A stretch of DNA of 64,000 nucleotides, from contig JBLDXI010000032.1 in assembly GCA_047495785.1 (NCBI GenBank), forward strand, positions 2,852,001 through 2,916,000, given 5' to 3'. A program made the translations under genes and the position numbers. Source of the stretch: Lepidodermella squamata (lineage: Eukaryota; Animalia; Gastrotricha). Position 1 is the first letter of the stretch; each line of letters opens with the position of its first letter. The notes under the pieces are model-generated. The model had not been told where the DNA came from and ran no database searches. It worked only from the letters and a program-made list of their open reading frames with translations. Positions 23,557-36,041 of the stretch are shown piece after piece.

Positions 23557-23816
23557 AGCACTTGAACAATAATTATTTATCTGACGAGATGAAGATGATT
23601 TCGACTTGGAATCGCTCTTAAATATTGAATAAAATGCGACTGGTTGAATTGAATTTATCACGCTTAAAAATGGTCTACTTCATGGGCACTACACGAAGCA
23701 GCTACCGTATTACAGGAATAGAATCGCCGCCTTATCGTGCTGCGGATTGGGCTAACCCTATAGGGGTAGCGTCCAGCCAACTACATGATGCTATATGCTA
23801 TACTTTGGGTCAGTAA

Positions 23817-23898
23817 GGTAGCGTGGCCGAGTGGTCTAAGGCGCTAGATTTAGGCTCTAGTCTCTTCGGAGGCGTGGGTTCGAACCCCACCGCTGCCA
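23817..23898 (+). tRNA. tRNA-Leu (anticodon UAG)
   Basis: GGTAGCGTGGCCGAGTGGTCTAAGGCGCTAGATTTAGGCTCTAG..GTGGGTTCGAACCCCACCGCTGCCA: full cloverleaf with long variable arm and a downstream T-run. Confidence 0.96.
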
Positions 23899-23961
23899 AC
23901 AGTTTTCACATTTAAATAATCCAAAATTTCAAATCGAAATTGACAATCGAATTTTCAGACA

Positions 23962-24033
23962 AGCAGAGTGGCGCAGTGGAAGCGCGCTGGGCCCATAACC
24001 CAGAGGTCTGTAGATCGAAACTACGCTCTGCTA
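23962..24033 (+). tRNA. Initiator tRNA-Met (CAU)
   Basis: AGCAGAGTGGCGCAGTGGAAGCGCGCTGGGCCCATAACCCAGAGG..GATCGAAAC..CTCTGCTA: A1:U72 pair, three G:C anticodon-stem pairs, ATCGAAA T-loop, T7 terminator downstream. Confidence 0.95.
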
Positions 24034-25740
24034 GAAATGTCAATTTTTTTCTCAGAATTTCTGAAGAAAAAAGGCATAACCAAATTACTTTAGTATCCAC
24101 CTATCGTTCAACTGCTGAGTGGCGTCGATCGTGTAGACCTTTGGCCACTAAACTTACCTGGCACTGGGATGAACCGAGTTCAGCAAGTCGGTCGCCCCAG
24201 GGCGAGGCGGGCCATTGCACTGCGGTCCGCTGACCCCTGCGCTCTGCCTCATCGGTGGAGTCGGGTGCAAAATATTTCACTTGGGTACCGGCGTTCGCGC
24301 CACACCCGTAAAATCACGAACAATTTCGATAAACCGATATTTCAGATGTTACTTGAGCATCTTGGCAAACGACGGGCCACGAACTCATGAATCTTAGCTT
24401 TTCCTTGGATGATTTCAGTCTTGATGAGTAGATTACAAAGCCGTCAAAAAGTCATTTTCGGCCAGGTATTGACACACAGCAGTTTTGAGTTAAGCCGCAC
24501 ACGAACCGCGCCAAACAATTTTGTCCGGCTAAATGAAAGTCCGGCTTAACGCAACGTTAAGTACGCGCAAAGTCAAAATTCAAAAAAGTAGGGTATCTGC
24601 GGGCAAGATGCCCCTCACTTTGGGCTGAGTTCTTGCGCAGCGTTTGCCAGGTGGGCTGTGCAATAAGAATGAGAAGTGAGGCTTGAAAAAATGCCAAAAT
24701 TTCGAAAATGGACGAGAGTTCAACGATTGGTCACAGCTGACGCCGAATTTCGGAACAATACTCACGCAGGAGTTTCCTATCTTTTCTCACTTATTTATCT
24801 ATGAAATGCGGGCGAGGGGGCTCATGTCGCTTCTCGAGTGCTCTGTTACCGTAGAATGGTAATTTTGACAAAAAGGTAAAATTTTGAAAAAATTCCACAA
24901 AGCTAATTCAGGTGAATTCTTTGCAAATTTGCACGCCGTTAGAATTCCCTTGTCCTGGGCATAACTGTTGTATTTTATCTACGGATTCAGGTAATTCACC
25001 TGAGAAAAAAGGCACGAAAGAAAGGTACAATTTTGACAAGCTATTACAACTTTGACAACTCTGCTATGGTAATGCCCCTTTATTAACTTGATCATCTAGC
25101 GCCAGCAGTGATTCATCGCGTGCTTGGTGAAAATTGAGATTTTTTAATTGATTTTTAAGTTTTCTTTTAAAACGTTGTTTTCAAGCTATGTAGATATTTT
25201 TCCAGAATTTTAGAAAGTCAGCCGCAGTTAGGTCATTAGGAAGAAAAAAGCTATCAAACTTGAACCTGTCAAAATTGTACCCGTCTCCGTAACCATAAAC
25301 GCCAGAGTTTCAGGCATCACGCCGTCAAGGAAAAGCTCACATGTAAAGCAACAAAGGCGGTTTTTAGGGTCAGCGTTTTGCGACAAATCTAACGATACCA
25401 AATTTGTGGTATTAGTGTACCCGGATGAGGTGGCCGAAATTAGGGCACTCTATTCCTAATTCCGGCCGGGTGTCTGGGTGACTAAAAAATTAGCCATAAA
25501 TCAAGGTAAAATCGTCCGGACTTGCGGAAAGCGGCATTCGATAGCCAAAGAACGGCTCATTTAATTCTGCTTTTGCCGAATATTTTCTAAACATTCACCT
25601 GGCTGGAAAAGTAGGAAAAGCCTGAAAAGCGGCCGAAATTAGGGCGGGGTGCTCTATTGTCCATGGTAATCCTGGTAATCATGCCGCTGCTGATGTCTAT
25701 GTTGGGGCATCAGGTTTTAACGCAGCGAGAAACGCGTGAC

Positions 25741-26083
25741 TTGGAGGAAGCTGAATACGCGTGGCAAAATCCGAGTGTTACAGAACGCCTCGAGCTTCAA
25801 GAAGTAGGCTACAAAAAATATCGATTACTTCTGATTCATTTTGATTCATTTCATTTGGAGGAAGCTGAATACGCGTGGCAAAATCCGAGTGTTACAGAAC
25901 GCCTCGAGCTTCAAGAAGTAGGCTACAAAAAATATCGATTACTTCTGATTCATTTTGATTCATTTCATTTGGAGGAAGCTGAATACGCGTGGCAAAATCC
26001 GAGTGTTACAGAACGCCTCGAGCTTCAAGAAGTAGGCTACAAAAAATATCGATTACTTCTGATTCATTTTGATTCATTTCATT
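25741..26083. repeat. 114-bp tandem repeat, 3 identical copies
   Basis: Unit ttggaggaagctgaatacg...gattcatttcat starts at 25741, 25855 and 25969. Confidence 0.95.
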
Positions 26084-26334
26084 ATTATTATTTGCATCAC
26101 CATCTTTTCCCTATTAACCGGATCGTATCGTAAAATATGCTATCTTTTTGATATTTTCTAGAAATATCAAAAATTCCCTGCTTGTAAGAAGGTTTCATGT
26201 GGGGTTTTTGGTGATATTGTCCGGAAAATGTCACCAAAAACCCCACTTGTCAAGCACACAAGAGACAACCCAAAAAAGTTCAAGAAACACTCTTAAAACG
26301 ATTTTATTAAGAATCAACTTTTTGGTGTACAAGC

Positions 26335-26726
26335 GATTGATGAAATTTAGCGCTAACAGTTTATTTCCGACGTTTCGATTTCTAACAGAAATCATCTTCA
26401 GGGAGATGAAGTTGAATAGTTTAGGCGTAAAGTCATAATTAAAATCTTAAGGCGGATATTTTAAATTGATTATGAAAACTGAAAAACGAGATATTTTCGG
26501 CTAATTTTTCTGCTTGATTGTCCGCTTGCATTTTTCATGTAAAATGGGCTCTGTAAATAGCTTGGCCTTGATGCTGGAATCCGTTTTTCAGTTTTCATAA
26601 TCAATTTAAAATATCCGCCTTAAGATTTTAATTATGATTTTACGCCTAAACTATTCAACTTCATCTCCCTGAAGATGATTTCTGTTATCGTCGGAAATAA
26701 ACTGTTAGCGCTAAATTTCATTAATC
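26335..26726. mobile_element. Penelope-like element remnant: inverted pseudo-LTR pair
   Basis: Arms ~26335-26488 and ~26582-26726 are near-perfect inverted copies. They contain CTGAAGA..GAAACGTC plus AATAAA. A third copy lies at 35132-35267. Confidence 0.75.
26366..26404 (-). ncRNA. Minimal type I hammerhead ribozyme
   Basis: Minus strand TCC-CTGAAGA-T-GATTTC-tgtta-GAAATC-GAAACGTC-GGA: core boxes, 6-bp stem II, palindromic minimal stem III with a GUC site, short stem I. Confidence 0.75.
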
Positions 26727-27361
26727 ACAAAAAATTGGGTGAAATTGGGCAGCATTTTGGGAGAAATAGCACACGACAGGTATCGAATCGGGCAGCATTC
26801 ACCCCAACAGCACCTAGCCACGAGCTCGGGAAAATCGAGCAGAATTCGTCCAGTATGTCGCGGAGATCAAGAAACAATCGGCCAGATTTCGATGAAATCC
26901 GAGAGAGCTCGAGCAGCATTGGATCCCAGAAATCGCAACACGGCATCGCTTTACGACATTGAAAGCTAGAAGATACAGCGAATCGAGCGAAGTAGACAAA
27001 TTCGAGCAAGTCTCGTTGGGGCATTTGCTGAAACTGTGATAATAAATTGCAGCTATTCGTTCAACATCGGAATTCGTCGACTTTGAAGCCGCTCTGCAAA
27101 CCGAGGTGTTCATGGCCTCGTGACAGCCACATTGATAGCCATGCGAAGCCAATCGAGCAGAAAGCAGAACCACCTTGCGCTGGCAACATTGAAAACTTTG
27201 ACATTGCCTCAGGCCGAAATATAACCCTTCAGGCGATTATAAACCCATATACCCTTCATGCCTTCCGTATTATATAATATTCCTACCAATCGTAGAAAAT
27301 TCACTTCTTTAATGCGGCTTATTTCTAGATTCAGCAACTTAGAAAGGTTTTCCTTGGCATT

Positions 27362-30300
27362 ATGCATGCGCAAATAAGGGCGATGTATGGCCTGATTTTT
27401 ATCGGGCATCTCGTTCAAATCGCATTGAGTTGCTATCCCAGCTATGTCGGCCCGAATCTAGACTGGGTGGGTTACACCCTTAAATATCGATTTGAAGGTT
27501 AATCAATTTTCTCATACTTACCGATTGTTATAATAATATTATTTTCAATTTGATCTCGCCTTTTTCAAGCAAACATCAACGAAACTGAGAAGCAGTTGAT
27601 TAGAGATGGCATTTCAATGTGGGAATCAGCGACTTGCTTCCCTTTTAAACAGAAGGATGACTTGGCGGTCGACGATAAAGGAATTGTTTTCAGCAAAACT
27701 GATACTGGGTAAGGTTTCTTTCTACAAATCTCAAATATTTTTGGGTTTTTCATCAGTGCTCAACAATTTTTGCTGGTTTCATTATTTGATGATTAGAACC
27801 TAATTCATAAAATATTTCACTGCTCTGAAGGGTCTTTGGGTCAATAATATTGAAGTTCCCATCGCTATATTATATACTGTACTCTGAACTGTCCGAATTA
27901 AAAACTACCACATTTTTGAGCTGGTCCTTCATTTTTTCAAGCCAACTAAAAGTTTAATTCTTGGGACCGTCCATAGAGCTAGTTTTAAGATAGAGGTCCT
28001 ACTCCTGACAAAGCCTGTTAACGCCATGGGCGCCAGATGTTGTGATGAATCAGCATCGAGTGGTTGGAAAAGTAAACAAATCAGGTGATTTTCGATCGCT
28101 CATTATTCTTGAACGATTCATCACAATCAATCACTTCCGGCGGTTCGAGATAGCCCTTGAAAGGACGAACACATTTATTATTTTTGCGAAATTTTAATGA
28201 TTTTTAAAATGGGGTAAGTCGCATAAAAACGAAATTGATCGATTAATAAAACATGACAACTGCCATTTTGGCAGCGAAATTGAAACGTATTTTAAATGGA
28301 CCTGGTAAATCTTATCAAGCTCTACATTTTGATGCTTGGAGCGAGCTTGGACAAATTTTTTCTGATTTTCTGGAATTTTTTATCTATTGAATGAATGGTT
28401 TTCCACTACATTCGAACTCTGTTCCAGCTCTGGACTGAATTCAGCCACACCTTGTGCATGTGGCGCACGTGCTGTCAACAAAGATTGAATCCATTCTGGA
28501 TTGAATCCAACGGGCAGTCTCGATCTTTATAATGTAAAAAAGCAACCAGAATAATTTATAAAATTCTAGAAAATCAGAAAAAAATGTGTCCAAGCTCGCT
28601 CCAAGCATCAAAATGTAGAGCTTGATAAGAATTACCTGGTTCATTAAAAATACGCTTCAATTTCGATTTAATTATTAGTTAAAGTAAATTTATTTGAAAT
28701 CAAGAAATTGTTTTTCTTGATTTCACTGCTTTAGTTTGGTCAGAAAATTTCGAAAAATAATAGTGGTGTTCACCATTTAAAGCGCTATCAGGTACCACCA
28801 AACTTTTCCTCGGGGAAATTGCCATGAATGCGATATCCGGAATCGAAAAATCACCTGATTTGTTTACTTTTCCAACCACTCGATGCTGATTCGTCGCAAC
28901 ATCTGGCGCCCATGGCGTTTACAGGCTTTGTCAGGAGTAGGACCTCTATCTTAAAACTAGCTCTATGGGACCGTCCTTTACGGTGGCGCGTGCCCTCACA
29001 AAGCAACGCGTGCCTTATCTCTTACCTGACCTTTATCCTTTATTTGAGGCCTGACCTAATTAGTTCGAATGACCTTTGAACCCTGTCTTTTTTTAAAGCC
29101 GAAACTAAACGGGGCGGAATTTTCGGGCAGTACGGTAGGCCATTATTTCTGATTTTCGAACAAAATTGATTGGCTCAATTAAATAAATAAATCGTTTTCT
29201 AAAAATGCACTTTATAAAATTCAAGTCAAATAAATAAAAATCCTGTCTAAAAATGATCATTCTAAGTAACATTCTTGAGTTCCGAGAGGAATTGAAGTGC
29301 GCAGTGCCTTGACAAAATAAGGCACCCTAGTGCGGTTCGAAATTCTATTTTACCTGTACCTATCTGTTTTCTTAGCGAATGCGTCTCAGACTATGGCAGA
29401 GTTGGTAATTCGCCGCAGCAGGTCGTGTTATCGCCGGCTTGCTTAAATGTAAGTGGTTCTTCTCAAGCCTAACATGTTATCGCAATCTAATTCTTCTATC
29501 AGAGCGCTGGTGAAATCGCACATGAATTGGGCCACGTTCTCGGATACGTAAACTCTTTGAATAATTGAAGTTTCATATTAGTCAAAATGTGAACTTGAAG
29601 GCTGACGAGCATCTGAAGCACAGCCGTGATAGTGGTGTCAAAATTAATCTGAGCAACGTCACACCGTTAGTTACCTTAAATCAATCACCTTATATCAATT
29701 ATTTAATGCTTTAATTTTGAAATGTTTAAAACAGATCAGACTACCATTATTTTGATAAATATACGGCTGATGTCAACAATGATCAGAAATCAGTAGCATA
29801 CGACTACGAGTCTATCATGCAGAAGCGGCCGACCTACAAAAGCGTCGACGGGAAGGCTCTTACTATTGCTCCCTACGACTTGGTTCACCTCTCAGTTATG
29901 GGCCAGCGAAACAGAATATCATACGCCGAAGGATTGCTGATGTCTACAATGAACGGATGCTACTGTTAGTGGCCAATTGAAATAAGCTCAGGGCTCAATA
30001 TAAACTTGCGTTGCCTTGCAGGGTATGGCGCTGACTGTCATGACAACGGCTATGCTATAGATGGGACAGACTGTATATGCGAACCCGGCTACGACCCGGT
30101 ATCTGATTGCTCCGCCCTGCTGTCGAATGACATTGCGATTTGCGGAACAGTTCAAAATGAAATTCAAGTAGCCGGCTGTGAGACCGGCCACATCGATTTG
30201 CCATCGGGCAATCCGCTACGTGGATCAACGTGCACCTGGAAAATAACAACGGTATAGTACAACGTGTCCAATCAGTTTCACAAACAATTCATGGTTTTAT

Positions 30301-33300
30301 CTATTTTTATCTAAATTTATCTAAATTTATCTATTTTTCTATAATCAAACATACCTGGAGCTCTTTCCATTATCCGTGATTTAGCTGGTTCAGGGTTTTC
30401 TTTTGCTATTTTTACCCAATCGAAACACTATTTTCCTGGATTTGTTGTTATTTTCCTTGTCACGTATCGTACCTATAATTGCCTCACCCTTGGAATTTTT
30501 GTTGTCGAATAGACAAATTTCACAAGGTTCGGAAGCATTTGGAATGAGAAGGTACATCGCCTCTCGTTTTAAACCTTAAACTGTCTTATCCTGTGTATTT
30601 TTTCGGTTACTTTTCTTATAGGACTCACTGTAGAACTTGGGGAATTCAAGTTTGATTTCTGCCCGAAGCAAAAATAACAAATTAGGACGGAAAAATAAAT
30701 TCCGCATTTTAGGTTTTAATTGTCGTAAATTTTCATTTTTAACGCAAACAAAGACATTTTACGGAAATGGAATCAGAATGTCCCGTGAGAAAAATTCCAA
30801 ATGCCTTGAGAATAAAATTAGGCTAGATTGTGAATGGGAATAAAAGAAGCTGGAGAAACTTGGTCCGACCAGATGAACCCAACCTTCGGGTGTTCCCCGA
30901 ATTTCCTGCGGTACATTTTTAAGCGAAATCTTCCGGCAAGAGCAACTTTTGTAAAACAGATAAATTTCCTGTAAAAAGCCAAACAATGACTGTGGAAATT
31001 ATGGGAAACATTTTGGGACAAAAATAACTATACTTTTAATGTTTTACAGACTGGTTCCGGTCTTGCGTTCGGTTTCGAATCCAAACCATTGAAAAGCAGC
31101 CGAGACTGCTCCCTATCAGGTAACTGGTCTCAAATATTGAGCAACCAACGGAAGTTCTGATTTTAGGACCAATTTGCGACGATTTCGTTCAAATTTACGA
31201 CCCCATTAACTTGAATACCCGACGGTAATTGTTAGAAATTGTAGGCTATTTTCACTAAAGATTATTTTTTTCACGCAGATTCTGCTCGTGTAGTATCACC
31301 TCGGGGCGAATATATTCGACGACTTCAAAAACAGTCATGGTCACTTTTAGTAAGCTCACAGACGAAAGCTTCTTGCCGTCGCGACTCAGTTTCTACGCCT
31401 CCTGCAACCGCGTCCCTGTTACACGGCTGACCCGAGAATGTCGTATCACTCAGACTGGCTATGACTACGAAGGACGGCTGATTGGTCATGCCGCGAATGG
31501 TCGGAAATGCGGAAATTGGCCCTTACCCCAGTCTGGTTACACCGAGCTCGACTTCCCCCATGCAATCGTTCCAAAGTTGGCAGTGTGCCGGAATCCAACA
31601 TCGAAGCCCGCCGCCTTTTGCTATGAAGAATTAACTAACAAGCCATCGCCTTGTAACATCAGGAAATGCGGTGAGAAATTGAGTAAAATGTCCCATCAGG
31701 ATTCCAAGCTTCGATTGAGTCGTTACAGAACCCTACGTTCGATGTGTTACCGGCGATAAGAAGAAATTTTCGGGTTGCCGGCCGTTGTCCAGTGGTTGCC
31801 AAAGTGGGGAAATACGGGTTAGTTTCTTCTTGACCAGTAGGACTGGATTGAAAAATTTGGATACCACCTTCAGCTCGTCCCATTCGATGCGACCAAGGTT
31901 CCATCTGAGCTGGTTTATATTGACCATATGGCATGCAGATACGGAGTAAAAGTCATCATTTTCATTAGTTCCCGTCTGAATGTTTTTCAACTCCCATAGA
32001 GAGCAAGATGCTGCTTTTCACTGCTGGATAAAACCTATCACGTTAGCTCTGGATCTGCGAAATGTGCCAGCAATCAATACAAAGTATGATTGGAGTCTCA
32101 ACAATTTTTGTTTCGGAATCCGTTAATTCTTCGTTATTCATTTTTCAGCTTGCCATTTTCGATCAACTCTACCCTGTCAAGTTCCGCGTGAACTACGACG
32201 AGGCTGCCGCGCAGTGCAATGGCAACGTAAGACTATTTTGTATTTATATCAGAGCTTAACATAATGTGAGATTTCGGACACCTAAGGCTTTGCGGTTATC
32301 GGGGTTGAAAGTTAGAAAAATATGGCAATTTTCGAATAATCTCATCAGAATTTTTTGCATGTAAATCAAGGTACTTAATTGGAAAAAAATTATATCTTGT
32401 AATTGTTGAACTGGTTCGGACCTCGAAATTGTTCATTTTTGAGTCGGAAAAGCTGTTCTCAATTTGTTCCGAAATTCGACGTTGAGTTTTAAGGATGGGT
32501 CATGAAATTCAATCATCAGGCAAAAATCAGGCAAAATGAAAAAGTCACCTCTGCTTCGATTTTCAGAACTTATTGAGTAAAGGCTCATTTTCAACCTTCG
32601 GATCTTGTCCAAATTGAGCTTTTATTTTATTCATCAGACAAATGTCAAACGCTGTTCCGATAGCAGTGGAATTACCGTCACTTGCGTGGATGCAGGGAAA
32701 CAGTGTCCCAAAGGCCTAGCGATTGGAACTACCACGTACTCTTCCTTCGCTAACTGCAAACTCGGGGTAATTTTCTAATTCAGAGGCAAATCACTCATGT
32801 GTGTCATTTGTTATCAGGACACTTTTAGGTATTGCTCTAAAAAGGATTCCTTGAGGAAAGCCCGTTGCGTTGACGCCCGACATCAATGCGACTCTCAAAC
32901 TGAGGATGATGTAAGATTTTTGGCCTAAAACGAGCCATTTTTCAATAATTATTTATTCAATGATTTTTGTTTCCAGTCTTTTCCTGTTTTCGATCAATCC
33001 ACCGATTTCTCCGTCAATCTGGCGCAGTGCCTCGAAGCCGGCTATGCTGTATGTTACGACAAATCGGATGGAATGTCGAAGGGCTGCTACAAGGCGTCGA
33101 CTTGTGTCGGCAATTTGCAGCTAGACGTCGCTCGGCTCTACGGCAGCCACGACGCCTGTGAGAACCAGCTTCCAAACCTGCAATCTGCCTCATTTGATGA
33201 TCCCATCTCGCAGCAGGTCGATAAACTGCTTGAGGAGCATAAAGACAAGCTGTTGGGACTGAATGATGCTCAGAAGGAATTTGCCAGGTACGTAGCCACG

Positions 33301-33354
33301 CGCTACGTCAAGGCACGACAGCCTCAAGTCATCGAAACCGCACCCTATCCGTAG
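27362..33354 (+). CDS. Astacin-like EGF-CUB-kringle protein, copy A2
   Basis: MHAQIRAMYGLIFIGHLVQIALSC signal; HELGHVLGY|ADEHLKHSRD (29521); YDYESIMQK. Same exon structure as A1, with introns enlarged by insertions. Confidence 0.82.
27972..28967. mobile_element. Foldback DNA element with 8-bp TSD (P-element/hAT-like termini) in intron 2 of A2
   Basis: GGACCGTC|CATAGAGCTAG ... CTAGCTCTATG|GGACCGTC. About 125-bp TIRs plus a second inner inverted pair (~28275-28380 / 28560-28665). Confidence 0.85.
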
Positions 33355-34649
33355 AGAACTTCCGCAATTATTATTTATCTGGCGAGATGCAGATGATTTC
33401 GACTGAAAATCGTTTTTAAATATTGAATAAAAGCGGAAATATGAACTGAAGAATTTATTATACCTGGTATTGTAGCTATCATGTCTCGGAAATACGGACA
33501 TTTCTTAATTGGTAAAACATGTTCGGAACGGAAATAATAATAATAGTAATATTAATTAAAATGGCTGTAATCTCCTCATCATAGGTATCACTTTTGCATC
33601 AGCTAACTTTTGCTGTCCAAATTCCAGCCAGCTAGGATTCCCCTCTTTATGTTCTCTTTCCGGCCATTAGGCTGTTGCAACTATTGAACTATTCTCACGG
33701 TTCACGGGGACTTGCCGTGATTTCCCAACAATTTACTAAAAATAGGTAAACGGATATGCTCTCAGCCTGGCGATGTTAGAGCCGATGGAAAACACAGTTT
33801 TATGGCTGGTGGGAGCGCCGAAAATAGACTAAGACTTACTGGATGCCAATCGTTCTTTCCCATGCATTAAACTATTTTTGAAGATATGAAAATGGGAATG
33901 TCAACGCTTGGACAAGCTTGGACTTTCGGGTTTTTTCGGCCGATTGGCTCGCTTAGCCGAGCCTCGACGATTGTTTGGTGACGAAGTTTATAGCCTTTGC
34001 CAACCTTTGGCCGAAAAAGCTCCGCTCTAAGTCCGCGGTTCTAGGCATGGCATGAATTCCTGCTAACACCTAATAAATGCTAGAGTAAAGAAGCATTTTC
34101 ATAACGCCTAATAAAATGCCTGGTTTAACGGTTGATAACCGTCGAAGGGGCTGAATTTCAGAGATTATTTGGGCATTTTTCAAGCATTTCCAGGAATGAC
34201 TGAAGCTTGGAAATTGCTGACACAAAACTTCAAGGCGTTTGCCAGCCGTTAGATTGAAACCTTATGTCCGCTGGCATTTGCAGGCGTTAGAATCGATCCA
34301 CCTTAACGCTTTAGTTTGCTTATTAGACGAGTGAAACTTGTGATACGACTAGATATTTTCAAGACAATTTATTTATTGTCTAACTATTCTAGTAAATTTA
34401 GTATTTAGACAATGATTATTGTCCAAATATTCTGGTAAATCGAACGTTTCACCAGTTTCTGGCGGCCTTGAGCTTCCGCCCTCCAAGCAATTTTTATTGC
34501 TTTTTCTGGCGGACTGGTTTATTTTCAGTTAGATTCAATGAAAAACCAATTATTTTTCTAATTATGGCAAGAATAACTGTAGAGAAATTTTGCCTACCAC
34601 AATTTTTCAAAAACATCTTTCACTACCCAGCCTATAAAAAGCCAGTAAA

Positions 34650-36041
34650 GAGGAAAAATTCGCGGGCCGTCGACCACCGTCTAATGGCTGCCAAGTTGGA
34701 GAAACTTGAGTTTGTTGCTACAAAATTTATATGCGCTCTAAAAATAAGGATAAAACATGTACCCTTTCAAGCTTGCTCCATTCGATGCCAATAAGTCTCC
34801 CTCCGAACTAATCTACATCGATCACATGCCATGCAGATACGGAGTAAGTCGTTTATTTATTTTCATTTCTGTTGCTAAACTGTTCAACAATTTTCAGAGA
34901 GCTAGATGCTGCTTTTCACTGCAGAGTGGGACTTACAAACCAAGTTGGCTCCGGGGCAGCGATATGTCGAAGCAACCAATACCAAGTAACAACAATTGAA
35001 ACACAATATTTAGGTCTCGAGACTGAACTAATATATTTATAGCTTGTCATTTTCGACAAACTCTACCCGATCAAGTTCGCGAGAACTACAACGAAGCTGC
35101 TGAAAAATGCAAAAGCAACGTAAGTCTAATTATTGATGAAATTTAGCGTTAACAGTTTATTTCCGACGTTTCGATTTCTAACAGCAATCATCTTCAGGGA
35201 GATGAAGTTGAATAGTTTAGGCGTAAAAATTTCATCAATCGTTTGTACTCCAAAAACTGGTTATCAAGTAAGTCTAATTTCATATATTTTTTTGAGCAGA
35301 CCGCCGTGAAACACTGTTCCGATAACAATGGCGTTATCGTCACCTGTGTTGGCGCCGAGCAGCAGTGTCCCAACGGGTTATTACGGCTGGTTCGACCTCT
35401 TATTCTTCATTCACAAAGTGTAAACTCGGGGTATGATTGAAAGCTCTTCAGAGAAAATTCAGTTTATTAACCTTTTGCTGATGTTTTTTTCCAAGACACT
35501 TTCAGGTATTGCTCTAAAAAGGATTTCAAGAAAGCCCGTTGCATTGACGCCCGACAACAATGCGACTCTCAAACCGAGGATGATGTAAGAATTTCGGCCT
35601 GAAATGAGCCATTTTTCAATGATTTTTTATTCCAGTCTTTTGCTGTTTTCGCTCAATCGGCCTATTTCTCCGTCAATTTGGCGTAGTGCCTCGACGCCGG
35701 CTTGGCCATGTGCTACGACAAAACAGATGAAATGTCGAAGGGCTGCTACAAGGCGTCGACTTGTGTCGGCAATTTGCAACTAGATGTTGCTCGGCTGTTT
35801 TCAACTAAAAATGTGGTAATCTTGTGATAATCACGCCATGAACAACTTGCAATCTGCTTTATCGCCCGGTCTCATCTCGCACAAGGTCGATGAGCTGTTG
35901 AACATGCACGAGGACAAAATGGTAAGAAAATGGTTGGGATGACTGAAGCCCAATTGGCAATTGGAGATGGCTAGGTACATCGCCACGCGTTACGTAGCGT
36001 CTCAACTGCCGGAAGAACACCAAGAAGCCCCTTATCCTTAG
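34650..36041 (+). pseudogene. 3'-half pseudogene of the astacin-kringle family
   Basis: Homologous exons after the kringle. Frameshifts near 35080 and 35380, CAG>TAG at 35684, Penelope-like insert in an intron. Ends EEHQEAPYP* like A3. Confidence 0.85.
35132..35267 (-). mobile_element. Short Penelope-like insertion with partial inversion and 12-bp TSD
   Basis: Matches 26336-26430, including the hammerhead (35162-35200, one stem II mismatch). Flanked by gtaagtctaatt at 35120-35131 and 35268-35279. Confidence 0.75.

Noticed and set aside
17008-24033. Functional link between the Schlafen-like gene and nearby tRNA-Leu
   Set aside because: They are 6 kb apart with an unrelated gene between; proximity carries little meaning in a eukaryote, and the protein seems catalytically degenerate.
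24845-25295. Possible TA-flanked MITE (ggtacaattttgaca motifs)
   Set aside because: Termini too degenerate to define.
25657-26133. 158-aa repeat protein or CRISPR-like array
   Set aside because: The ORF arises from a 114-bp tandem unit; there are no unique spacers and no cas genes.
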